NCBI GenBank assembly: GCA_003971905.1
Contig: RSEE01000007.1
Span: 186,001 to 250,000, forward strand
From: Moniliella sp. 'wahieum'
Taxonomy: Eukaryota
Reading direction: 5' to 3'
Length of the DNA stretch: 64,000 nucleotides
Part shown: positions 38,904 through 52,000 of the stretch, in pieces
How positions within the stretch are numbered: position 1 is the stretch's first letter
Layout of the letters: each line of letters opens with the position of its first letter
Made by a program: the position numbers and the translations under genes
The notes under the pieces: generated by a model
What the model was told of the DNA's origin: nothing
The model's input: only the letters and a program-made list of their open reading frames with translations
The model's database searches: none

Positions 38904-39116
38904 TTAGATCTTCTTGGGGTTGGAGGGGTGAGTCTTCCAGCTCTCGGCGACCTTCTTGAACGCATCCTTGTGCGTGACCTCTGGGTGGGCAGCCTTGTAC
39001 TTGGGCAGCTCGGCCTTCATAAAGAGGTTGTAGGCGGAAGGCGGGCGCTTGGCGCCGCCAGCAGTGGCGCTGCTGCGCTTCTTGGTGTCAGAGTCGGCCT
39101 TGGCGGGACGGGGCAT
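38904..39116 (-). CDS. 70-aa YABBY/HMG-box-like DNA-binding protein
   Basis: MPRPAKADSDTKKRSSATAGGAKRPPSAYNLFMKAELPKYKAAHPEVTHKDAFKKVAESWKTHPSNPKKI. Intact ORF, 5'UTR intron (GTACGT at 39241 to CAG at 39134) and a TATAAG at about 39331-39326. Confidence 0.85.
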   Translation of the reverse strand: MPRPAKADSDTKKRSSATAGGAKRPPSAYNLFMKAELPKYKAAHPEVTHKDAFKKVAESWKTHPSNPKKI

Positions 39117-39810
39117 GTTGGTCCAGACGTGTTCTGCAAGAGGGGTGGGGTGGGGAAGGTCAGTGGGCTGGTGGCACGCGGCCGGGGGCAGGGGCAGGGG
39201 CAGGGGCAGGGCAGAGGCCATGGAGGAGGCGGTACACGTACTGGGTGCGGGGGGGAAGAGGAGGAAAGATGGAAGAAGCGTATGTGGTGGAGGAGAAAGA
39301 CGCGTCGCTAGGCAGCGCACGCGCTCTTATAGCCGCCATGGGAGGCGGCGCTATTGGCTCTATTGGCTCGGCCTGGGTATATGGACGCGGGAGCTGGGCC
39401 AAGCTGTGAAAGAAATAGGGACAGTGGCGCCCTGCTGGCTCGACCGCGACGCGTCCCAGCATACACAGGCGGGCTGGCACTGGCGCTGGGGGGAGGGGGT
39501 ACAGCGTACTATTGCCCAGCCATCGCCCTGGCCTTGCGGCCGCCGATGGGGCTGGGCGGCACGGGGAGAGTGTGCGCGGGAGCGCATTGGGGGCATCGAA
39601 CATCGAATAGCGATACCCGTGGGCAGGGACTAGGCCAGCGCTCGTGCGCGGGGGGAGCGCGGGCAGGAGAGCGGTGTTGGGCGGCTGCCTGGCGCACCAC
39701 TTGCGCGGTGCTGGGCGCGGGCTGGTTGCCAATGTTTAATGTCCAACCGAGCCGCGGCCGGGCCTGGGAGGGCTGTGGGCTGCCGCAGCCTGCAGCTGCT
39801 CGGCTGGCCC

Positions 39811-39852
39811 CAGCAGCCAGCAGCCAGCAGCCAGCAGCCAGCAGCCAGCAGC
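39811..39852. repeat. Heptamer array (CAGCAGC)6
   Basis: Six exact tandem copies in the divergent intergenic region between the YABBY-like gene and PHO88. Confidence 0.9.
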
Positions 39853-41107
39853 CCGCCGTTGGGCCGCAGCAGCCCGTCGCCTTGCGCGCCTATTCCGCCG
39901 CTGCCTAGCTGCTGCCTGGTGCACCCACGCCCAGTTCCGCTCGTGCGCCGATGCGCATTAGTCACCTATCGCGCTCATCCACTGGCACCATCGGCATCGG
40001 CTGCAGCGATGCGCATACTGCGGCGACGCCTAACCCTACGTGCCATCGCCCATCCTGCATCGGCATCACATGTCGCATGTCACATGTCACATGCATCACA
40101 TGCCTCATGCCACATGCGATCTGCGGCACGTGACGGCTTGGTGGTCCATCTGATCCAATCGATCCAATCCATCGTAGCTGGCTCCAGCAGCCGCGTCCCA
40201 GAGGGGGGGGCTGCCGGCTCAGGCAGCAACTTCACTCGCTACTTGTACTTACCCATCCTCCTCGACTCCGGCGGCAGCGGCGCATGTTAGCTGGATCCTC
40301 CGCTTGGCTATCCATTGTCTCGTCGCTCATCCTTGCAGCCGCCTAATAGAAGCTTTTGCCATCCCAGCTCAGGCAATGGCCTGTGGGCTGAGGCGTTGCG
40401 TTGGTCTGGAGGCTGGCTCAACTGGAGCACACGCGAAAGCAAAGGTCCAGGAGAGAGGCAGACAAGGACCGAGGGCAGAGGCAGTGCTAGTACCCAGGCA
40501 AAATGACCTTCCCGATTGAGCCAAGAGGCAGCCCAGCCACGACCCCCTCGGGGTCAAACGCGTCCTCGTCCACCGTCATTTTCAGCGCATGCAGTCCACA
40601 TAGCCTTTTTTAACCATCCAGCAAACAGAAGCAACACAAATATCCTTCTGAGATGCCCCACTGGCATCCATTACTATAACCCGCCCACCGCCCCCATGCG
40701 ACCGCGCGGAGGGGCATGGCCTCCCAGCCACATTCTTTCCGCATCGCTCCCTTCCTTTCCATGTATGGGGAGGGGGGGGAGCATTGTCCATCGGAACCCG
40801 CAGGAGAGCGGGTGTAGAGCATGATGGGCAACGTGCCCTGCGAGCCGGGGCGGACGCACGGTCGGCGGTGAGCCAGTTCAGCCCAGCCTGCAGCAGCATC
40901 GAGTGCACCACTAGCGCGCGCCCCGAATGGTGGACGCGTATTCTTATCCAGCGTGGTCGATCTGGCCCTCCCGGGAATGAAACTTGCAATGCCAGATCAG
41001 GCAGCGAACACCAAACCATGTGGCTCCTTTGATAGCACCCTGCTCTCCTCCCGCGCAACCACCATCTCGCCCCCTGACTTGAGCGCTCGCGGGGCTCCAC
41101 CTCCACC

Positions 41108-41838
41108 ATGTCAGCTATCACCAACGTATGTTCTTGCTTTCTCTCATCTTTTCCTCCTCGTTGCAATGTCGGAATGCTCCACAGAGCCCCTTACCTAGGC
41201 CCCACTTTCGTGCTCCACCTTGGCGGGCTGATTGAACTCGTGAGGGGACTTGCTGACTTGGCTTTTCTGTGTTTGGTCTTGATTCCACAAAGATGGTCTT
41301 GATGTTCGTCGTATCGCAGGCGGCAAGTCGAGTTCCGTTTGACGACAAGCCCGAGCTCGTTTTGTACGCACGGTTGGGCTACATTGGTGCCCAGCTGCTC
41401 TCGATTGCCGTCTTTTACGTCTGCACCCTCAAGGTCAAGGCCAAGAACGACACGACCGTTCTCAAGTACGTGGAGCCCAAGAGCCCCATGTCGCAAGAGC
41501 CCGGGGAGCTGGTCACCACCACCAACCGGGACTACGACCTGATGGAGATTCAAAAGTCTGTCCGGCTCATCATTCTTACCATGGTCTTTGTCGCTGGTCT
41601 GCATCTGTACTGGTCCTATACCCAGCCACTCTTGATCCAGAGCATCTTGCCTCTCAAGTCGGCGCTCCAGTCGAAGGAGGTCAAGATTTGGCTGTGGGGC
41701 AAGCCTGCCACGGGCGAACTCAGACGGCCGTTCAAGTCTGGACCAGGCTTGTTTGGCATGCAGGCTGCTCAAGGGCCTCAGACCGACAAGGCATCCATTA
41801 AGGAGGCCGAAGATGCGGTCGCTAAGAAGGCAAACTAA
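41108..41838 (+). CDS. PHO88: Pho88/Snd3, SRP-independent ER targeting protein
   Basis: MSAITN|MVLMFVVSQ (intron 41126-41292), KNDTTVLKYVEP, TTTNRDYD, HLYWSYTQPLLIQSILPLKS and WGKPATGELRRPFK. Confidence 0.92.
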
Positions 41839-42675
41839 CATGCATTTGTTGCTGTTGTGATGGGAAGCTAAGCATACGACTCTGTCCGAATGTCGTCTGT
41901 GCCCTGTTGGCTGGCAGGCTTGCCTCGGCCTTCATTTTCCATCAGGATCGATCTCTCAACGCATGCCCTTTTGTGGCCCGAGAATTCCCCAGAGGTTCTC
42001 GTTAGGGATTGATTAGGGATTGATTTGGATTTCATAGTGCGCTCATGCGTGTCCTTTCACACATTGTTTGCGGGTGTGGAGTATTGTCGGAGAACGGTTG
42101 GGCGAGGGGCGGATGGTTGTCGATATGAGTCTCGTTGGAGCTGGATGGTTTAACGTTTATGGCCCACATGTCCACCGCGTTCTTCCGTATCCACTCGCAA
42201 TCCATTTGGTTTGGATGACATGCTGCTGGCGGCCCCATTGGTCTGGTAAGAGAAAGGGCGCAAGCTGCCAACAAACACTGGAAATGCGCATCTGGGCAAC
42301 GAAGCGCGTGTTGCGTCCCTACGTCAGTGATGCCACCAATACGAACATCGGGAGGGAGAGACATTTTGTTGCGCTGGAAGCCTGAGCGCCTGAGGCGAGC
42401 CTGGTGTGGATGGCATGGCTCCATGCATGGTCTTGCCATCCCTGGGGGGTTGGTTGCCCAAGCCCAATGCCAGGCCTGATGGGGGGAAACAGCGCTGGGG
42501 CCACCCAGACGCGCCCAACATTGGTGTGGAATCGACATAAATTCCGCCTTGGCTCCGCTGGCGGTGGGCGGCGGGGGATTATCGATTAAGGCCAAGGCCT
42601 GCCAGAGTCGGGGCCAGTCGGGGCCAGCAGGCCAGCGGAGGACGCCGGCCGACGCTTCTCGCCTCTCCGAATCTC

Positions 42676-43651
42676 ATGTTTCCCGGCCGCCTCCTGCCTC
42701 TTCTTGCCCGTGTGCCCCCCCGTGTTCCCCACCTCGTCCCCCGCCCCGCCCTTGCCTTGCGCACCATGTCCTCTGCGCCCCCCGCCCCCCGCCCCGATGC
42801 GTTGGTCGCGCGCCATGGCCCAGATCGCCCCCCTGGCGCTGGCCGACAAGTCGTTCGACAACGTTGGTCTCCTTCTCGAAGCACCGACGCCGCGGGCCGG
42901 AAAACGGGTGCTGACTGCGATTGATCTCACCACGTCGGTGGCTGAGGAGATTCTGGCTGACAGCGAGGTGAGTGTGGCGGTGGTGTACCATCCGGTTATC
43001 TTCAAACCGCTCAAGGCCCTCTCCTTTAGCCCTTCCGCTCCGGGCTCTCAGGCGCCCAACCCTGCGATTGTGCACAGCCTCCTCCGCCTCGCCAGCGCTG
43101 GCGTCAGCATCTACTGCCCCCATACCTCCCTTGACGCTGCGCCGGAGGGTATGAACGATTGGCTGATCCAGGCTGCCGCTGGGCCCGAGGTGGCGCAGGC
43201 CAAGGACCTGCGTGCCATCATTCCTTCTGCTGCCGAGCTTGTTCCGGCCGGCAAGGGTCCTGCTGGGTTTGGCCGCGTCGCTTCGCTAGCGAGCCCGCGT
43301 AGCTTGACCCAGATCATCAGTTCGATCAAGCGCGCTACGGGCCTGGCCCATGTCCAGGTCGGCTTGGCCCACGGCGAGGACGAACCACTGGGCTCGATCG
43401 CCGTGTGCTGTGGCGCGGGATCGAGCATCCTAGCCGGCGTTGAGGCCGACGTGTACGTGACGGGCGAGATGAGCCATCATGAGGTCTTGTCCATCACCGC
43501 ACGCGGCACCTCGGTCATTCTGCTCAACCACTCCAACTCGGAGCGTGGCTACTTGAGCACAAGCTTGGCGCCTCGTCTGGAGCAAACGCTGGGCGAGGGC
43601 TGGAAGGTCATCGTTAGTCAAGCCGACAAGGATCCCCTCCAAGTGCGTTGA
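42676..43651 (+). CDS. NIF3: NIF3/DUF34 family metal-binding protein
   Basis: APLALADKSFDNVGLLLE, VYHPVIFKPLK, IYCPHTSLDAAPEGMNDWL, IAVCCGAGSS, DVYVTGEMSHHEVL and HSNSERGYL. Confidence 0.94.
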
Positions 43652-44179
43652 CCGAATGCACGCTACCCCCTAAGCCGATCAGTGTGTGCTGCACACGACT
43701 TGTGTGTGCCGCCTGGGACACAATGCATTGATGCCCTTCGTGGACGCGGCATGACCATGACGCTACACCAAATAGGGGACACCAAGCTGGCACTACCAGC
43801 AAGACGGAGTGGACAACAGGTAGGACTAAATCGTCAGTGCAAGCAGCTCGAATCGCAGGACAATGTACCGGTGTAACCTGGGCGGAGGGCCAACGGACTG
43901 AATGGTGGCCACCAGCTAGCTTCCAGGGAATCGACCATATTTGGATTCGGTCCGCACCGTGACCACATGACTTCGTCTGCATGTCCCTCTCCCCCCGTGA
44001 GGCATGTGTCCGTGCCTGCAGTCCCTGTACAGCACTACCACTCTTCTCCCACCCTACGAGCTATCAAGCACTGAGAGCACACTAGAATACGCAACGCAAC
44101 GAATCGATGCCCTTTCCCGCGCCACCCCGACCAGCGAGTGGGCGTAGCCTCGTCCAACGGAAGCACAGGACCGAGATAG

Positions 44180-47100
44180 TTAGAAATAACCACTAAACTT
44201 GCTCTTGACGGCGCTCTTGATCGCTTGCTCCCTCAGGTTCTTGGAGAACTTGGACGCATTGCGTTCGAGATTGGACATGCCCTGTTCGAGCGAGTCGATG
44301 AGCTCGCCGCGCTGCTGCGCCAAGTCCAAGTTGCGTGCCGCTTGGGTCGCAGTGGAGGAGGCGGCTTTCGATACACTGGCATACGCGCCGGAGAATATAG
44401 AGCCATAGCCTGACTGCTCGGCGCCCTTGGCCTGCGCCGCTTCTTGCTCCGCTTTGAGCCGCGCCAATTCTTGCCCTCCGGCCGGCACGCGCGGTTCCGC
44501 TGCCGGTCCCAGGGGCGGCGGCGCAGGCCGCTTGGGCCCGGCAATCACCTCGTCCAGTTGCGCCCCCAGCGTGACCGCACCCGCCTTGCTGTTCCACCAG
44601 CCGCTGATAGCGGTGATTGCGCCGGCGGCCGAAGCGCCTGGGTGGAAGGGGAACCACTTGGGCTGGAACAATTCCAACATGGGCGGGCCAGGACGCAACG
44701 AGGTGGCAAAGATGGTCCACAGCTGCACATCGAGGGAGGTGGGGGTGTCAATAAAGTCGCCAAACCGGTCGATGGAGGCGACACCGGCCACCGAACCAGT
44801 CAGGGCGTGGACCGAGAGAGGCGAGAGGGATTCGCGCGTGGCATAGTTGTGTCGTGGCACGCGCTCGATCAGCTCCAGCTTGGGCAAGCTGTAGATGTAC
44901 ACTGACGTCTTGCTCAGCAGCACCAGCGCGCGAGCATGGCCCTGGCTAATCACCTGGGCGCCCCATGGCTCTTCCATCACAGACGTATGGGACATGGTCG
45001 GGCCGTCGACACCGTAGCGCAACACAATCTCTGTCAAACAAGGGTCCGGTCAGTCAATTTGCCACACAAAGCGCACTCGCTTCAGAGGGGACGTACGCTT
45101 GGGGCTGATAAAAATCGCAATCCCACAGCTCGCCGCATCGTTGGGATCGATCATTGCACTGGCGTCGTACTGGCTTAGGGCATCAGCCATGTCGCGCGAC
45201 CTGAGATCCAAAAGGGTGCCACGCTGGTCCAGAGTGAGCAACGCCGCAGCATTCGAGGTTCCATCCAATTTGCGGGGCTGCGAAGCCCGTGTCACCATCC
45301 ACTGGTCCAACGAGTTGGAGATGGTCCAAATGCTCATCGTTCCATCCTGCCGCAATGCCAAGAGACGCATGGCGTACTTCGGGTCGGAAGCAACACGCAT
45401 AGTGGTAAAGACGGTTTGTTGAATCAAGCTCCGCGACTCGGCATCAGCGGCACGGCGATCTTCTCGATACTGATGACCCGCCTGGCCAAAAAGGTGCACG
45501 TCGGGTTCCACCTCGTCCCCAAACCCTTCATGGAGGATGAGATCGGGCCCACGCAAGTCGACAATGGCCAGCGCGAGACCGCAAGCGACAGCGAGGAAGC
45601 CAGTGTCGCAGAGCGCAAATGCCGAACACTCGCCCCGCCTCAGATCCACCATCACGTGGGGCTTGAACCCGTCCGTACTCCAGTTTGCCAACTCCTCCAA
45701 CGGCTGTAATTCCTCGGCCGTACCTGGCGGCAAAGGTTCCGCTGGCGGTAGCATCGGCTCTCGCATCATTCTCGAAGGGGCAGAGGGGCTTTCCGGATGA
45801 GCCGCAACACGAGCCGCCTGTGGTACATTCGATGGACCACCGGCCAACGGGGAGGCCGCGGCCGGTTCGCCGCTCGAGGGGTACCATAGGGCGGTTGGGG
45901 TGGGCCGCATGACGATCCATCGGATCGCTCGCCTCGGCCGTTGGGGAGGAGAGACCCAAATCGCTAATGGCGTTGGACATGGTTTGGTCCAGGCCCAGGA
46001 GAGATCGATCGGCCTCGGAGCGAAGCGCGCGCGAGGTCGGCCGACTGGCGTGTCTTGGACGTCCACGTCGAGCCCGAGACGGAGCGATGTATAGGCTCCA
46101 TTCCCGGCTGAGGCGATAAGGTGGAGACAACACGCGTTGGGGAGCGGAGCCCGGCCATCTCGCGCTCGGTCAGCACGTCCGTCATCACGTTGTCATCTCC
46201 CCATCCGGGCTGCGCTTGGCCTAACTTATAATGCAGCACGTGGCCCGATCCAAGGCATACAGCCAACTCGAGTGACTCGGTGGCGAGGCGAGCGTCGGTG
46301 ATTTGGATAAGAGGCGTCGTGGCCGCTTGGCGTAGACGACGGATGGATGGGTTGGTATCCAGGCGACGATGAAACACATGTCCCTGGTGTGGACGGTAAG
46401 ATGAGGCAAAGGATACGGGAAGGGCATGTCGAGGGCAAAACGGGCAGAGGAAGGGTCAAACGTGGTGCCTGGCTTGCCGGACCAAGCGTTGATGGCGACC
46501 GTAGGGCGTTCTGGGCGGTGGAGTAAGAGCCCCAAGCTCAAGTCGTGTACGCGCACGCTTCCATCCAAATGCCACGTAACAAGCACGCGCAAGGGGAGGT
46601 CGGGGGCGACTTTTTCCGGTTCGAGCAAATTGTTGCCAATCAGGATGGGGAATGCTTTTCCCCCGCGCAAGTTGAGTGGGTTGACGATTGACGCTGTTGA
46701 GGCTGATGACGTTGCCGTTGACGAAGAGGGCGGGGGCGGAATTGATCCGCCACCCGTTGGCGAGGACGGCGTAGGCGGGGCAGGACCTGCATTGTCCAGC
46801 ACTTGTCCTCCCAAGCGCTTGTACACCGCCTTGGACACCGTGTAGATCCTACTGCCCAGCACCGCACCCGAGCCGGTAAAGCCGAGGGCCAATGGGAGCC
46901 CAATTGTGGGGGTGGACAGACGGTGGGGGGAGGTGCGGTTAGCAGGGTCCTGATTGGCGACGAGCTGGGGCCGTGCAGGCGGGAAAGCATACGCCTTGAG
47001 TCCCTTTTGAGCCGCTGGCGGGGGCAGCGTTGGAAGCGCGGGCGGCGCGGCGAGGAGGAAGATGATGGCAGTCGGATCAAAGGCCATGCTGTAGTACGGA

Positions 47101-48579
47101 TTGTCGCGCGGAGCAGCAAGAAGTCTTCTACCTGGAAGAGCGTGTAATAGTACGTTGTCTTGCTCGGCTCAATCGTTTCGCGCAACGCTTGCCGCTGGCG
47201 GCCGGTCAGCGTTGCGTTCGGCCCGGCGCCCCATCCCCACCCACCGCCGCCGACATAGGCGTGGGAGGGCAGGTGCATGCAGGTCACCCCGGGCGGCGCG
47301 TCGGAGACGGCGCCACCCAGAATGGTCAGCACCGAGCCTTGTTCAGCCGCCTCGGTGGCTTGCGGCGCTTGATCCACCGGCGGGACGCCCGGCACCTCTC
47401 CCGAATCCCCTTGGGCCTGTTTGCTCGAGTTGGCCCAGTCGCTCGCGGCGGTAATCCAGCTCTTGGAAGGGAAGCCAGACCAGGCCAGCTTGAAGATCGG
47501 TTCATGGGGCAGGCTGGTGACTGGGTTGCCTTCTTCCAGCTGCATCTTCTCCACGTCCACCCGGTCTAGCGTCCGCACCATGAGGGGCTTGCTATCGTCC
47601 CGCACGCTCCAAAATGTGAAGCATCCATCGTCGTGGCCCACGACAAATACCTCGCCAGGGGCGCCAGGCTATGCAAGTGACGGACGGAGAGCGTTCGAGC
47701 CAGACAGCGTTGGGGTCCGACACTCCGCCACCAGGCCCACCGGGCAAGATGCGCATCTGGTACGTTCTGAGCACCGACTGGGCCTTGACGTCCAGAAGGA
47801 CCACGCCGCCCTCGTAGGCGATCAGGAGATGGTTCAAGTTTTTCGGGTGGGTCTCAATCTGCACCACAAGCGGGATATGGCGGCGGGAAGGTGCATCGGG
47901 CACGCCCGACTTGCGCAAAATTTCCTCTTCTTCCCACCACAGGTTGGCAATGCGATACGGACTGAGTTTGAGCCGGCTCAAATCGTATGCATCGATCGAG
48001 CCATCGCGCATGCCGAGAAACAGATGATCGTGGACGGGACTCAGCTCAATGGCCAGCACTTGGTTGCGCGGACTATACGCGGCAATCCGCTGGGGCGTTT
48101 CGGGGTGGGGCGGCGGACCCGTGGTCGCAGTGCGGGCGGGGAGGAAGGAGTTGTTCGAGTCGGTGTAGCGAGCAGCCACGACGGGGTCCGGACGCGAGAG
48201 GTCAAAGATGCTCAGGTTGTCCTTCTCGTCCAGCACGATGAGCAGGGGCGAGCCAGGCTTAAAAGCGAGGTGGCGTACGCGCACCGCCGGACGGAGGGTG
48301 ATGGTGATCTGAACTGCAGGCGCGCCAAAGAGATGAACGGTGCCGACAGAGGTGCCAACGGCCAGGTACCCGGCCACCGGTCGGTGGCCATTACGACAAC
48401 TTCGCCCGGGAGCGCCAGCGATCCGAGCACGCCCTCGATGAACGGGGGCCGGCGCGGCCTTGGGCGTTGAGGCCGCTTCCGAGCCCGGCACTCCATTCGG
48501 CGCCAAGGAGGCCAGGCGGGGGCTGGGCGACGTGGCCGACATGCCCGGCGACGGAGCGGAGCCACTTGGGCCGGGACAT
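44180..48579 (-). CDS. SRO7: Sro7/Sro77 (Lgl/tomosyn-like) WD40 protein with C-terminal R-SNARE-like motif
   Basis: GYLAVGTSVGTVHLFG, HLFLGMRDGSIDAYD, NHLLIAYEGGVV, GHDDGCFTFWS..KPLMVRTL, HEPIFKLAWS and LAIVDLRGPDLI; C-terminal QQRGELIDSLEQGMSNLERNASKF. Frameshifted. Confidence 0.88.
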
Positions 48580-49079
48580 GCTGGGCTCAGCGGCGGAGGC
48601 TGGGGGGCGGAGGCGGGAGGCGGAGGGGGGGGGGCGCTCAGCCAGCGCTCCGCCGTACTGAGGCAACCCTACGGCGGGCCCCCTGGCCCGTAAGGCCCGT
48701 AACGCTAGGGTTGCCTGTCAGCACCGCTCAGTCCAGGCACGCGCAGTTGTATCTCTCGAGCGCAGTGTGGAGCAGACAGCAGACACGCCAGCAGGCGCCT
48801 TCGTCTGCCGTCGCTGCTCGTACCGATCATCCCCCGACGAAGCACGAAGAAGGAAGCACACGCTTGGCGCTCATCGCGCCCTACCTTCATCCTGGCCTCT
48901 TACAGGCGAGCCCACCAGCGGGCCCCAAAATACATTGCGGAGAAAAATGTGGAAGAACAGTTGCGAGATGAGGGATGACGATGAGGGTTCAATGAGGAGG
49001 TAGGTAGGTAGTAGCACAGAGTTAGGAGGAATCGACCACGGGGAATAATAAAAAAAACAGGCCTTGACTGCGTTGAAGC

Positions 49080-52000
49080 TGTCATGCAGGTCCACCTTCC
49101 GCGAGGCGGACCAGCCAGGCCGACGGGAACTACTAGGCCTCAGGTGTCAGGGCAGCAGCGCGAGGCATCGACGGCAACGTCAAAGCGGACGCGGCGAGAA
49201 GAGGGTCTGTGCCAGCCGGTGTGCCCTCGCCCCGCTCGTCCTTTGACCCAGGCGGGGCGAGCGTCGGGTCCGCAGCCGACGCCGCGTAGGGCGCACATCA
49301 GCATCGGCATCTGCAGTGTCCTCCCCACTCAGTGGCAGCTCGGACCGATGAAGTTGAGCCAAGAGAGATACGGCCAAGTGAGATTGCCCGTTAACCGTTT
49401 CTCCCGCTCCTGCGGCTCCGAGGGGGTTTGGGGTGGAAAGGGAGGTGGCCAAGTGGGTGGGAGAATAGGGGAGAGCCGAGTCGAGACTGTTACTGTCGGG
49501 CAGGGAGGGAGCCGTGGCCAACGTCGGACCCATCCGGCGGTCACGCGCCTTGCGCCGCGGACCTTTGCCCGATACGCCCGTATGGCGCAACTGGCCCAAC
49601 AGTGTCTCCAGCAACTCGCCTTCCTCGTTCCCGCCCTGGGCCAGCTCGCGCTCGCGTTCGCGCTCCTCGGCACGCGCGCGACGCTGGACTTCGAGCTGGC
49701 GTTGCTCCAGCAGCACCGCATTGTCTCGTTGGGCCTTACGATAGGCTCGGCAAACTGAGCAAAGATGGCGAAAAAGTCTTCGGTGCGGACCGGAGGGGCG
49801 CGGCGCGGGCCCTCGTGGCTCTCGCCATAGTAGCGCAGCACGTGCGTAGGCTGCCTCGGTTTGACGTACCTCGTCTGCCAAATGGGCCAACTCGTACTGG
49901 GCCCTGTGCAAAAAGGGTGCCATCAGACGGACATAGGGTCGGCCATGTCCGCGTCAGTCAGAGGTGTCCAGCTTCGCTTTGTGCTGTAGATGCCCGACTT
50001 GAGCTCGGCTAGTTCCCGCTTCATATCCAACAGTTGAACTACAGAGCCAAGATTAGTATCCAAGAGAATCGCAAGGGGGAAAATGCAGAGCAAACGACGT
50101 ACCACGACTGGCTTCAGCAGGGAGCACCAGTTCACCAAGGAAAGCTTCCGTTTCGGGAAAGCATTGTGCACAGAACGTTGGACAAAGTGAAGCAGGGTGG
50201 TGCCGTCCGCAGCTTTGGTGTCGATCAGCTTGTTGATTGACGAGATCTTAAACCCAAACGCGCCTCCCCGGGCTCCCGTCGCATTCAAAAAGTTGCCCAT
50301 GGTGAGGATGATGTGCAGCAGGCGGGTAAAGTGCGGAGCGTCAGAAGTTGCTCTGCACCGCGGCGGATGGCCTGGCTAGCGGATTCGATGAGCTCATGCG
50401 TTTCCCGGTAACGTGCATAGTAGAGAAGTCCCTCCACTTTCTCCTTGAGATGCGGGACGGTCATCAGCAAGACCACTAGCCGGTCCGCCGGGTGCAGCAG
50501 TCGCAGCTCTTCGTTGGATGCATTGCGGTATTCGGCCAGCTGACCCTGGATCTCCGTCTCGGGATAATTGCGTAGGAGTTCCGACAGGAATCCCTGGTCC
50601 AAAATCGAGCGGTTGCAGTGCACAATGTCGTGGGCGACCTGTTCCGGGGTGGCGTGCTTGGAGCCCGGGAAGGAGGACTGGACGCGACGCAGAACAAGCT
50701 CGATGCCCTGCCGGGTGCGGAGTGACAGGTGGCTAGTAAACTCCTTCTTGACCATCTTGGCCGCTGCCTTCTTGGGTAGATGCGTCTGCGCACGAAACTC
50801 TTTCTCCATGTCTTGGAGGAGCCCCGAACTTTCAGGGCCGCCGTGACTGCCGCGTCATCCATCTCGCCATTCCGTCACCCCACAGCGTTTTGACCGTTGG
50901 CCCGGCGGGAGCTTGTCCCACTGCAGTTGCTTCATCCTCATGCTCGCCATCTCCGACACACTCTTGCGCCGGAATAGGTCCTTGAGCACCGTGGCGTCGG
51001 GCGGCGGTGGCGGCGCACCGGCCCGCCGGATTACGTGGGCCTTGGTAAGAGGTACGCACGTTGAGTACCGAATCCTGGTCCATGTCACTGGGCAAAGAGG
51101 ATCCAAACTCACCCTGGGACGAGCCCTTGTGGGGCTCTCCATTGGGCTCAGGCAATTCTATATTGAGCGCGGCCGATGGGCTGGGGAAGGGACAGCTTCA
51201 ACAGCCGGCGGAGAACGCGACGGGGGGAGGGGGTGGGGGCGGTGGTGGTGGTGGTGGTGATGGTGGAGAAGAGAGTGGCAACGTGGCGAAAATCGACGGT
51301 GAGGAAAGGGGCGCTGGAGTGGGAGGGAGAGGCGGGGAGATCAAGTCGACAGTGGCGGCGCCCACTGGGAATGATCAAGAAGGGTTTGACAGCTGGCGAC
51401 AATGGGGCGAGACTGTCAGAGGGCGGGGCCGACGGGAAAGGAGAGCAGGGGGACTGGACTGTGTGGGTGATGGGCTCGTGATGGGAGCGGGTAATGGCAC
51501 AGACGGACCGGGGGGCCGCACGACCTGTTGCGCAACTAGATTCGGGGACAAGTGGCTTCACGCGACGCAGGGCGCCAACGCGATGGCAGATCGTGCCACG
51601 GAGGATGGGGGAGGCAAAACTCGAGACGCGTTTTGCTACGTGGAGGGCGTCTGGAGAGGCGACAGGCAGGGTCGATTCGTTGGAGGGGACAGAGAGAAGC
51701 GCATTAGACGCATCGACCGGTAGTGGATCGGCGTTCTCGCCCTCCGCGGATGTGCTGCTCCGTGCTGTTCGGCCCATTACTAGGCAGAGCACGGATCGGA
51801 GCACCAACCCGGCGGGCTAAGGCCGCGTCAATCTGCGTCTTGGCATGCAACATACTGTTTGGCGCCGCCGGTCTGTCGTCCTCCGGGGTGTAGTGGACTG
51901 ATCTTGTGTCGCTATCGGGTCTGGTCCCGGAGACAAGCTAAGCCCAAGCCGTCCAAGTCGAGCGCTTCCTTGACCCTTGGCATCCCCTATCGCGACCGCG

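Noticed and set aside
41126..41292. Intronic snoRNA in the relatively long PHO88 intron
   Set aside because: No box C (RTGATGA) and no convincing H/ACA layout seen.
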